This document shows, one piece after another, positions 1 through 9,128 of a DNA stretch of 64,000 bases. The stretch lies in IMG/VR virus record IMGVR_UViG_3300017722_002988, positions 3,760 to 67,759 of that record. The stretch is one strand, 5' to 3'. The first letter of the stretch is position 1. Each line of letters opens with the position of its first letter. Both the position numbers and the translations under genes were made by a program. The notes beneath the pieces are model-generated. The model did not search any database, was not told where the DNA came from, and saw nothing but the letters and a program-made list of their open reading frames with translations. The stretch comes from a virus (Duplodnaviria > Heunggongvirae > Uroviricota > Caudoviricetes).

Positions 1-2
1 AC

Positions 3-383
3 ATAAACTTCTATCAAGCCATCACCCAACCAACTGTCCCAATGGCCGAGTCCGTGGCGAACTACAAGTCGGCCGCCGTCTATTCGAACGCGTTCAACTC
101 TTCGAACAAGACGTGCTACATTATGGATGATGGCCTCGGCAACCTGCGTCTCGTCTCCATAAACGAGCAGGGCAAGTATGTCAAACTTAAGAACATCGGC
201 ACCATTGATTATGCAACTGGTCGTCTGCAGATTTCAAGTCTTCTCATCGCACAAATGCTTGACTCAACGTCTCTCAAAATGTATGCGAAGACAACCCTCA
301 AAGACATCACCTCTACCAAGAATGTCATCCTGACGATCAATGAAGAAGACATTGCTGTCAGCGTAGAACAGATTAGAGAATAA
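3..383 (+). CDS. gp6: Baseplate wedge subunit gp6-like, C-terminal part (gene starts before the window)
   Basis: Frame is open from nt 3. C-terminus 'MDDGLGNLRLV...IGTIDYATG...KDITSTKNVIL' is typical of T4-like gp6 C-termini; lies directly before gp7/gp8-like genes. Confidence 0.8.
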   Translation: MNFYQAITQPTVPMAESVANYKSAAVYSNAFNSSNKTCYIMDDGLGNLRLVSINEQGKYVKLKNIGTIDYATGRLQISSLLIAQMLDSTSLKMYAKTTLKDITSTKNVILTINEEDIAVSVEQIRE

Positions 384-2650
384 TGAAGCCAACAGAAACG
401 GCAATTTCCCAGTACATTGAAGGCCAGTTCCCATCGATCTTCAGGGAAGAAGGACCTGTGCTCGTACAGTTTGTGAAAGCTTACTACGAGTGGATGGAAT
501 CCACTGGTCAACCGCTGTATCACGCTCGCCGCCTTCCATCCTACAGAGATATTGACACAACTCTTGAGCAGTTTGTGACGTACTTCAAACTGAAGTACCT
601 GCCGAATATTCAGTTCACCACTTCATCTTCTAAGCGGCTGTTTATCAAGAACGCACTTGACTTTCATAGGTCAAAGGGTTCTTCGCGGTCCGTTGAGTTG
701 TTCTTCAAACTCATCTATGGTGTATCTGCTCATATCTACTACCCCGCCGACGATATGTTCAAGCTCTCTGACGGGCGCTGGGTTATTCCTACATATATTG
801 AAATCTCGCCGTCACCCCGAAGCAAAGACTTTGTAGGTAAGCTGATAACTGGTGTCGATTCTTCTGCTATTGCATTCGTTGAATCATATAACCGAGTTCG
901 CGTCAAAGGTAAATACGTCGAAGTCTTTTACCTATCCGACCTCAATGGGGTGTTCATTGATGGTGAGTCTATCAGGACTGATGTTCTTTATGGCGACTGC
1001 CCTAAAGTAGTCGGGTCAGCCTCGTCGTTTGAAATAGTGGTTGGAGGTGCCGGCTTTTTCCTTGGTGAACGGGTTGGGACTATATCCGATAACGGACAGT
1101 TTGCTACCGGAATCGTCAGACAGGTTGGCGATATTATCGGTGCTGCGAACATCGAACTTGTCAGCGGCGGCTACGGCTATAACTCTACATCGGAAATTAT
1201 CATTTCTGACAAGAGTCTTCTGGTCCGCGGACTGTCGAACGGCGTGTTTACACCACTGTCTACGGTCCAACAGCTTTATGCAAACGGTTCGGTTGCATCG
1301 AATGCAACAGTTGTCGGGTTCAGCCGCACCCACACTATTAGCGGAACCGTTCTAAGCGGAATCGTCCAGCTTGGCCAAGTTCTAAGCCAGGGAGAGACCT
1401 GGGGAGTCATCAGTGATATCAATCGCCTTGGTAGCGCAATCACCGTTGAGGTCACAGACGTAAACAGGTACTTTGCATCTGGTGTGGCAGCGAACACCTC
1501 GACTGGATCCATCAATGTAGGTACGTATGCCGCTCTAGTCGGCATTTATGATATCACTGGCCCTGGAACCTTTGCAGCAAACTCAGATATTGTCGTTGTA
1601 GGCTCTTCGCTTGAAGGAGTCATCCAGGTTAGTGCAACGACATCTAACGCAATGTCATTCAGCTTTGCCTCTAACACAAGATTCACCAACCAACGCACAG
1701 CTAATGTTGGCCTTGATTATCTCTTGCCATACGCTAACGTGGCCATCAATGCTAATGCGTATGGCCTCACTAAAAACGTGTCCGCCAACTCTGCTTCGCT
1801 GATGATCACAGGGCTACGGTTTGAAGAGCGTATGTACGGAACTATTTCCAACTCAGCAATCATTTCCCTCTTCTCAGGATCCGGGTACACGAGAGAGCCA
1901 TTCATCCTGATTAGAGAACAGCTGATTTACGATCGCCGCCTCAGAAAGTATGAACTTCTAGTTGGTACACAAATTGGTGGTTTCATCGATGGTGAAAAAT
2001 TGGTCACGGGAACTGCTAACACAGAAACTGGAGCTGTCTATCTAAGCCCGGATCCTATTGTCGGCCTGGTCATTTCCTCTGTCCCTGATGTGTCCGTACG
2101 AGTGGATCGACTTAGTGTTGATCAGCGTTTCTACGAGCATGATCCGGCCAACTACATGATCATCGGTGAGCAGTCTGGTGCCACGGCTAAGATTTTGAAA
2201 GCCAATAACTACGATGATGATTTCATCAACTACGTAGGTCTTAATGCAGATATTCGTGCAGAGGTTTTCGCTGCTGCAGGAAGAGTCGAACGTATACTTT
2301 TGGAAACCTCTGGTTACGGTTATGAAGATGGTGAAACCCTGACATTCTTCTCTTTGGATGATCCATCCAAATCTGGGTTGGCGTCTGTGTCAACTGACAC
2401 CCACGGGGTCGGCGCAGGCTACTATCTGACAAATGGCGGCCTTCCTTCTGGCCGAACCTATTTCCAAGATAATGATTACTATCAAGAGTTCTCGTACGAG
2501 ATCCAGACTACAATTCAACAAGATACATACAAACAGATGTTTGATCAGGTCCTCCACGTTGCTGGAACCAAAGGGTTCTCATCGTATCTGTCCGTCGAAA
2601 CCGTACTCTCCCCGCTCAGCGTCGCTGAGTCTACTATAGAAGTGGTATAA
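383..2650 (+). CDS. gp7: Baseplate wedge protein gp7-like (cyanophage type)
   Basis: N-terminal 'IEGQFPSIFREEGPVLVQFVKAYYEWME...FIKNALDFHRSKGS' and C-terminal 'QDNDYYQEFSYEI...LHVAGTK'; TAATG coupling to neighbours; synteny gp6-gp7-gp8. Confidence 0.75.
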   Translation: MKPTETAISQYIEGQFPSIFREEGPVLVQFVKAYYEWMESTGQPLYHARRLPSYRDIDTTLEQFVTYFKLKYLPNIQFTTSSSKRLFIKNALDFHRSKGSSRSVELFFKLIYGVSAHIYYPADDMFKLSDGRWVIPTYIEISPSPRSKDFVGKLITGVDSSAIAFVESYNRVRVKGKYVEVFYLSDLNGVFIDGESIRTDVLYGDCPKVVGSASSFEIVVGGAGFFLGERVGTISDNGQFATGIVRQVGDIIGAANIELVSGGYGYNSTSEIIISDKSLLVRGLSNGVFTPLSTVQQLYANGSVASNATVVGFSRTHTISGTVLSGIVQLGQVLSQGETWGVISDINRLGSAITVEVTDVNRYFASGVAANTSTGSINVGTYAALVGIYDITGPGTFAANSDIVVVGSSLEGVIQVSATTSNAMSFSFASNTRFTNQRTANVGLDYLLPYANVAINANAYGLTKNVSANSASLMITGLRFEERMYGTISNSAIISLFSGSGYTREPFILIREQLIYDRRLRKYELLVGTQIGGFIDGEKLVTGTANTETGAVYLSPDPIVGLVISSVPDVSVRVDRLSVDQRFYEHDPANYMIIGEQSGATAKILKANNYDDDFINYVGLNADIRAEVFAAAGRVERILLETSGYGYEDGETLTFFSLDDPSKSGLASVSTDTHGVGAGYYLTNGGLPSGRTYFQDNDYYQEFSYEIQTTIQQDTYKQMFDQVLHVAGTKGFSSYLSVETVLSPLSVAESTIEVV

Positions 2651-4710
2651 TGTCCCTCATTAAATTGACAGATGGCTTCAAAGTAAATCAGGCAGAGCAA
2701 TTCCTAGAGAGTTTCTCCGAGACGGACAAAGCGTTCTACTACATGTTCTTCGGCCGCCATATTCCTTGGACAAACGGAGCCGTGCCCGACGTGTCGATTT
2801 CTGCACAGGTAACAGATATCGACACATACAACCACATGATCTTCGCCAAGCGCATCGCTGAGACTGATGTTTGCATATCTATTCCTAGAATCGACTGGGT
2901 AACTGGTGTCGTCTATACTCAATACGATCATAGAACAGTAGATCTGCAATCTGAAAATTTCTATGTCGGCGTGCTGGAAGGCGACAACTACAATGTCTTC
3001 AAATGCCTATACAACAACAATGGCGCGGTGTCAACAGTGGCGCCTTCCTTTGCTGCATTCTCGCTAGTAGAGACTGCAGATACTGAGACGTACGACGGAT
3101 TTTATGAAACAGCTGATGGTTATCAGTGGAAATATATGTACACCGTCGGCGCTGACGATTTCACCAAGTTTGCATCGAACTCCTATGTCCCGCTGGTTGC
3201 GAACACTGAGGTAAGAGACTTTGCTGTCGGTGGTGCGATTGATGTTATCCAAGTTGAAACGGCCGGGTCAGGCTACAACAACTTCTTCGCCGGCGAGTTT
3301 GCGCTCGGATCTGACATCGGATACCTTGGTAACACGACGTACTTTGGTGTGAGAACAGCTAACAACGTATCTCCATCTGCTGCAAACGGGTTCTATACCG
3401 GGTGCATCATGAAGATCACAGCCGGTCGTGGTATGGGTCAGTTCCGTACCGTTATCGACTACATCAACAACGGTGCTGCTCGTTACGTCATCCTAGACGA
3501 CTCATTTACGATTCTACCAGATACCACATCCACCTTCGAAATCTCACCTAAGGTCACCGTCCTAGGCAGAGCCACAACTAATGCTGTCGGTCGTGCTATT
3601 TTGGGTACAGGCAACAGTGTCGTCCAGGTTGAAATGCTTGATCGAGGTGCTGGATACTTCACGGCCTCGGCTGTTATCGAACAATCCAATGTAGCCGTTG
3701 AATCCAACACCGCTGTGTTGGTCCCACTCATCCCGCCCAGGGGCGGCCACGGGTCTAATCAGACCACTGAGCTTGGAGCACATTGGGTCACGATCAGCAC
3801 AACGATCACAGGCAGCGAAAACGGCGTTATTCCAACTGGTCAACAGTTTGCTCAAGTTGGCATTATCAAAAATCCAATATTCTCAAATGTAGAATTGACG
3901 ACTGTCAAGTACTCTAACAACGCTACTGCTGGTCGCGATGGTGGGTTTGTCGAGGGCGAAACCATCATAGTCTTTGACCCAGTCCGTCAAGCCGGATCCG
4001 TGTCTGTTACCTCTGGAAACACGTTCATTGTGTCGACTAATACGACCCTTCTGTCTATGGATGTGCATGTCTTCCCTCACGACCGGGCTTTTGTCTGTGC
4101 GGCTAACGGGTCTGAATGGTTTGTGTCCACAATCGTATCATCCAACGCAACGCACCTAGTAATGCAGGAAAGCTGCCCATTTACGGATAACTCCGCCGTC
4201 TTGCACATTTCCTATTCTAACACCTCGGCTATTCACGTTGAATCTGGCCCAACATATTCGTATGTAACAAACGCAACTCCATTCTTTGCTAACAATGATT
4301 CCATCATTGGGTTAACGACATACTCCACAGCAGTAATCACTGATATGCAAATCAACAACAACGCCATTAATGACTTCAGCGTTGTGAAGCAACTCTCCTC
4401 CATTGCTATCTCTAGCCCGCTATCTACCTTTACTGCTGACGAGTATCTGTCTGATGCTGATGAAGTGAACTCTTGTTACTTCCATTCGTACGCCAATGCG
4501 TCCCACATATATGTTACCGGCGTTGTTGGTGATATGGCGGCCGGAACTATTCTTCGTAACCCAACTACGTCTGCATCCATTGTTGTGGCTAATAAATACA
4601 ACGGTGAGCTTGTCCCAGAGTCTGGTTCAGTCATTTATGTTGAGAACCATGAGCCTGTTTCACGTGAGACTAGCACTACTCAGACTAAGAAAATCACCGT
4701 GGAGTTCTAA
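2650..4710 (+). CDS. gp8: Baseplate wedge subunit gp8
   Basis: Motifs 'YYMFFGRHIPW', 'IPRIDWVTGVVYTQYD', 'YNVFKCLYNN', 'DGYQWKYMYTV' characteristic of gp8. Confidence 0.85.
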   Translation: MSLIKLTDGFKVNQAEQFLESFSETDKAFYYMFFGRHIPWTNGAVPDVSISAQVTDIDTYNHMIFAKRIAETDVCISIPRIDWVTGVVYTQYDHRTVDLQSENFYVGVLEGDNYNVFKCLYNNNGAVSTVAPSFAAFSLVETADTETYDGFYETADGYQWKYMYTVGADDFTKFASNSYVPLVANTEVRDFAVGGAIDVIQVETAGSGYNNFFAGEFALGSDIGYLGNTTYFGVRTANNVSPSAANGFYTGCIMKITAGRGMGQFRTVIDYINNGAARYVILDDSFTILPDTTSTFEISPKVTVLGRATTNAVGRAILGTGNSVVQVEMLDRGAGYFTASAVIEQSNVAVESNTAVLVPLIPPRGGHGSNQTTELGAHWVTISTTITGSENGVIPTGQQFAQVGIIKNPIFSNVELTTVKYSNNATAGRDGGFVEGETIIVFDPVRQAGSVSVTSGNTFIVSTNTTLLSMDVHVFPHDRAFVCAANGSEWFVSTIVSSNATHLVMQESCPFTDNSAVLHISYSNTSAIHVESGPTYSYVTNATPFFANNDSIIGLTTYSTAVITDMQINNNAINDFSVVKQLSSIAISSPLSTFTADEYLSDADEVNSCYFHSYANASHIYVTGVVGDMAAGTILRNPTTSASIVVANKYNGELVPESGSVIYVENHEPVSRETSTTQTKKITVEF

Positions 4711-4715
4711 CACCT

Positions 4716-7700
4716 ATGCCACTGCAAACTGATCTGTCGGCGTCTCCGTACTACGATGACTTCGATGCCACGAAGAACTTCGGCAAGATCCTCTTTAAGC
4801 CAGCTGTGGCTGTTCAGGCCCGCGAGCTTAACCAGCTCCAGACCTTGCTTCAAGCCCAAGTCGAGCGTTTCGGAGACAACATCTTCAAGCGCGGCACCAT
4901 CGTTGATGGTGCCCAATTTACGTTCTATGACAACTACCCATTTGTCAAACTGAATGATGCTGATAGTTCCGGCGAAGCGATCAACGTTGCCGACTATGTC
5001 GGGCTGTTCGTTACGGATGAGTCAAATGGGACGACTGCTAGGATTGTGAATTCCGTCTCTGGATTCGAGGCCACGACGCCGGATCTAAATACGCTGTATG
5101 TCTCCTATATTAAATCTGGATCAGCTGGCGAATTGACGTTTGAACCGGAAGCTCAACTGGTTGTCACGGATCTTGACCGCGGTATCAACGCCATCGAAGT
5201 ACTCAACAACGTTTCTGGGTTCTCGAACAATGATATCGTTGTGGTCAGTCCGGCTGTCGCTGTTCAAAACAGTTCCGGTGGTACAGCATTCGCCAACGGC
5301 GTGCCTATCACCGACATTTTCATTGCTGGATCTGTTGTTACACAGAATCTTAACGCTGGCCAGGCAAAGGGCGTTATCGTTTCGGCAAACAGCACCATTC
5401 AGGCAAATGCTGTTATTCTAACCCTCCGCCCACTGACGAACTCCCTTACTGGCGCATCATATTCAAACGGCCTGTTCCTCACACAGAATAGCTTCCAAGC
5501 GAACTCTACTGTTCCAGCAGTCTTTGGAGCAGCCGAGGTTTACATTTCGGCAGTCATCGGCTCTAACGCCTCGGCTTCGGTTGTAACAACCACTTCTGGC
5601 CGTGTTGAGAATGGCATGAACACCCTGCCGATAGCGGATTCTGGATCTGGCTATACAGTCCGCCCGTACATCACGATCGCATCTAGCACTGCAAACACGA
5701 CTCAAGTCGATTCGCTGCAGATTTCTGCCCGCAACTACTATGCAACCGTTGTGGTTGCAAACGCGACTCAGAACTCAATCGGTTCTGGCTACGCATTCGG
5801 GATCACAGAAGGTGTCATCTACCAGAAGGGCTATTTTGCCAGAGTAGAACCACAGATTGTCATTGTCGAAAAGTACCGCACTGTTGCGGACGGTTACCCA
5901 ACCAACAAAGTCATCGGGTTTGACACTGCTGAAGCAATCGTTAACTCGAACACGGATTACACCCTGCTCGACAATGCGAACACTGGTAACGCTGTAGCTC
6001 CTGGTGCTGATCGCCTCCAGCTCACACCTACGCTGACGGTTATCAGCACTGCGGACCTAGCTGCCAACACCGAGTTCTTCAGTATCGTCGAGTTCGCGAA
6101 AGGCAACCCATTCAAACAAATCCGCGATACGAAGTATAATGCTATCGAAAGCAATATCGCGCAGCGTACATTTGAACAAACAGGCAACTTCGTCCTTGAT
6201 CAGTTCTTGGTTAACTCTGTTTCGCAAGCAAACTCTCTACTCGATGCCGCAACGTTTACTGTGGCAGTCGATCCAGGTGTCGCCTATATTGGCGGCCGCC
6301 GTGTTCAAACATCCAACAACTACGTAGTTGATGTCGACAAGGGCACTTCCACTGTTGTTTCCAGCAACGTCAACATCGACATCAATCTGGGTAACTACAT
6401 TGATGTAGTTGAAATGGCTGGAACCTTCCCGGCATCTAAGCTGGTCAAGATCGACCTCTACGATACTGAAGCCAATCATTATTCTGCAGCAGTCGGCTCT
6501 GTCCCAGCTCTAGCAGGAACTAAGATTGGTGAAGCCCGCATCCGTGCGGTCACCGCCATAGACGGTGTTCTAGGAACTCCTGAGGCTCGCTTCAGGATCT
6601 ACCTCTTTGATGTGGTCATGAATGCTGGCAAAAACTTCTCCGCGGTTCGTTCGATCTTCTATAATGGAACGAACAACAAAGCCGTGGCCGATGTGTTCGG
6701 TACTGCTGTCCTGCGGGAAACTGCGAACAACTATCTCGTTTTCCCTACTCGCTTCAACGCATCGAAGACGCTGTCTTCTGCTAACGTTTCGTTCCGTAGC
6801 AGGAAGTCCACCATCAACGCTGCCGCAAACGGGCTGTCCTCTTCGGCAACCATGGTCGTCGCAGCTGGCCCCAACGCGTATTTCCCATACGTTGGCACCC
6901 TGACGGACAACGAGCTGCGTGATATCATCATCACACCAACTACGAGTGTTCGCTCTAACACGAATATCACCGGAACGATCACTGGAACTTCTGCTGCAAA
7001 CACAGCCGTGGGATCCGGAACTGCCTTTGTGACTGAACTGTATTCCGGCGCGTATCTGCGTGTCAACGGGCAAACTCGTCGCGTCTCCGCTGTCACAAAT
7101 AACACACATCTGTCTATCGCCAGCACGTGGGCAAGCTCATTCTCTGCCAACGTTGCTCAGCTTGAGCTTCCTGCTGAAGTTCCAGTGTCGCTAGCTGATT
7201 TGCCATCCGGTTCAGCTTCCGTGTCTGGTAACACGCAACTGACTGTTTCGTCTGGCTTTGTTACCAACACCGCTGCGTGGAACGCTCACATCACGTTTGA
7301 CGTGGTGAAGAACCAATCATCTGCGGCAGCAGCCAAGACCACCAAGCGCAAGGCCTATGTCAAGATCCAGGCCAACACCCACTCTGAGACCGTTCGCGGA
7401 CCGTGGTGCCTTGGTATTCCAGATGCATTCCGCCTGCGTGGCGTATACCGCTCCACTGGAACTGTCACGACTGCAGATGAGAACATCACAGATGCCTTCT
7501 ATATCGACAACAACCAAAACGAAAATTACCTGGATCTATCGTATCTGGTAATCAAGCCTGGTGCAAAGTACGACATTCTGGCTGATGATCTGCTGCTTGT
7601 TGAATTTGACGTATTCCAAAACCCAGCCGACCGTCCGTTTACCATCGATTCCTATAACATCGATGATACCGTTGAAGTAGCCGTATCCAATACGACTGTC

Positions 7701-9110
7701 CACACCGCTGAAGTTCCGCAGTTCTACTCCATCAAGGGCGAATACCGCGACCTCAGAGACTGCATCGATTTCAGACCTACGGTCGTATCTACAGCAAACG
7801 TATTGGCAGTTGTTGCCACCGCGACAGTCAACCCAGCCGAAACTAGGGTAATCGACGAGACCCTGGACAAGAACGTTCCTGCACCGCAGGGCGATCTCAC
7901 GTTCTCTATCGAGTCATACCGCGGCCGCGCTGACAGAATCGTGATGACTTCGAATGGTGACATTCGTGTTCTGACTGGTTACTCTGGTGCTGGTTACACG
8001 CCGGTTGCACAACCTGTTGACTCTATCACCCTTGACATTCTCAACATTCCTCCATACCCATCGGTTCCGAAGACTCTAAACGAAAATGTTTCGTTACAGT
8101 ATACCACTCGCATGGGATCTGAGCGTCTTCTTACAGCGCGGACGGGGCTGTATCAAATCCGCTCTTCGAGCAAATACAGCTTGACCAACTCGCAGAATAA
8201 GCGTTACTCCATGGCTGACATTGCCGGCATGGATCGCCGTCTGAACAATGTCGAGCAAGCGGTTAGCCTCACCCTCGTCGAGCAAGATCTCAACAATCTG
8301 GTTATTCCGTCATCGCTCGATGCCGATATCGCTCGCTTCAAGTTTGGCTTCGCCGTCGATAACTTCGAAGGGCTTCGCCTTGCTGACACGACAAACCCCC
8401 AGTTCAATGCGTCTATTTTCGAAGGTCGCCTGAGCCCATTGAAGCGCCGCCTAGTTGTTTCGTACGTCGAAGAAACCGGAACTCAAATCGTCACACTGCC
8501 ACGATCCGCCGACTTTGTCTTGATCGATCAAGACATCGCCACTCAGGGTCCAGTTGTTCTGCCAGAGCCGCCACTCCCACCAATGCCTGTTGATCCGGTT
8601 GTTAAGCCAGACCCAGGTCCGCCGCAACCGCCTCCACGCCCTCCTATTACTCTGGAGACGGAAGGCGACGTTGCGCACGTATGTGGACTGGTCCCTGGCA
8701 CGATAGTCAACATCACCGTTCGTCATCCATTGACGAGGGATATATACATGCAGGTTACTAGGACTGCAAGCGAAGAGGGTTGTGTTGAAGCACCTCTCAT
8801 CCTCACCCCACCGGTCGTTGTACCAGATGATCCTATCATTTGCCCAGAGCCACCAAGGATTACGAAACCTGCTCCAGTAATCGTTGTCGATACTGATCCA
8901 ACCGGACCAACCGGTCCTATCGTTGACACACCTCTGGATCCACCATACGACCCACCTTACGGTGGCGGTGGCGGTGGCGCCGGGTTTACTGATTATGCAC
9001 TTGTGCCAAATGAACGGAGCGATCTTTTCAGCTTCCTGGAAAATCGTGGTGTGATCGGTCGAGGTACAGCAACTAACTTTGAACAATCCCTCGGCATCGA
9101 CGGCTACTAA
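4716..9110 (+). CDS. Large virion structural protein, DUF4815/VrlC-like, N-terminal part; Pro-rich C-terminus
   Basis: 'PYYDDFDATKNFGKILFKPAVAVQARELNQLQTLLQAQVERFG' N-terminus; 'RFKFGFAVDNF' motif; position after gp8 as in cyanophage-type T4-likes. Confidence 0.75.
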   Translation: MPLQTDLSASPYYDDFDATKNFGKILFKPAVAVQARELNQLQTLLQAQVERFGDNIFKRGTIVDGAQFTFYDNYPFVKLNDADSSGEAINVADYVGLFVTDESNGTTARIVNSVSGFEATTPDLNTLYVSYIKSGSAGELTFEPEAQLVVTDLDRGINAIEVLNNVSGFSNNDIVVVSPAVAVQNSSGGTAFANGVPITDIFIAGSVVTQNLNAGQAKGVIVSANSTIQANAVILTLRPLTNSLTGASYSNGLFLTQNSFQANSTVPAVFGAAEVYISAVIGSNASASVVTTTSGRVENGMNTLPIADSGSGYTVRPYITIASSTANTTQVDSLQISARNYYATVVVANATQNSIGSGYAFGITEGVIYQKGYFARVEPQIVIVEKYRTVADGYPTNKVIGFDTAEAIVNSNTDYTLLDNANTGNAVAPGADRLQLTPTLTVISTADLAANTEFFSIVEFAKGNPFKQIRDTKYNAIESNIAQRTFEQTGNFVLDQFLVNSVSQANSLLDAATFTVAVDPGVAYIGGRRVQTSNNYVVDVDKGTSTVVSSNVNIDINLGNYIDVVEMAGTFPASKLVKIDLYDTEANHYSAAVGSVPALAGTKIGEARIRAVTAIDGVLGTPEARFRIYLFDVVMNAGKNFSAVRSIFYNGTNNKAVADVFGTAVLRETANNYLVFPTRFNASKTLSSANVSFRSRKSTINAAANGLSSSATMVVAAGPNAYFPYVGTLTDNELRDIIITPTTSVRSNTNITGTITGTSAANTAVGSGTAFVTELYSGAYLRVNGQTRRVSAVTNNTHLSIASTWASSFSANVAQLELPAEVPVSLADLPSGSASVSGNTQLTVSSGFVTNTAAWNAHITFDVVKNQSSAAAAKTTKRKAYVKIQANTHSETVRGPWCLGIPDAFRLRGVYRSTGTVTTADENITDAFYIDNNQNENYLDLSYLVIKPGAKYDILADDLLLVEFDVFQNPADRPFTIDSYNIDDTVEVAVSNTTVHTAEVPQFYSIKGEYRDLRDCIDFRPTVVSTANVLAVVATATVNPAETRVIDETLDKNVPAPQGDLTFSIESYRGRADRIVMTSNGDIRVLTGYSGAGYTPVAQPVDSITLDILNIPPYPSVPKTLNENVSLQYTTRMGSERLLTARTGLYQIRSSSKYSLTNSQNKRYSMADIAGMDRRLNNVEQAVSLTLVEQDLNNLVIPSSLDADIARFKFGFAVDNFEGLRLADTTNPQFNASIFEGRLSPLKRRLVVSYVEETGTQIVTLPRSADFVLIDQDIATQGPVVLPEPPLPPMPVDPVVKPDPGPPQPPPRPPITLETEGDVAHVCGLVPGTIVNITVRHPLTRDIYMQVTRTASEEGCVEAPLILTPPVVVPDDPIICPEPPRITKPAPVIVVDTDPTGPTGPIVDTPLDPPYDPPYGGGGGGAGFTDYALVPNERSDLFSFLENRGVIGRGTATNFEQSLGIDGY

Positions 9111-9128
9111 TCTTGAAGGAACTTATTC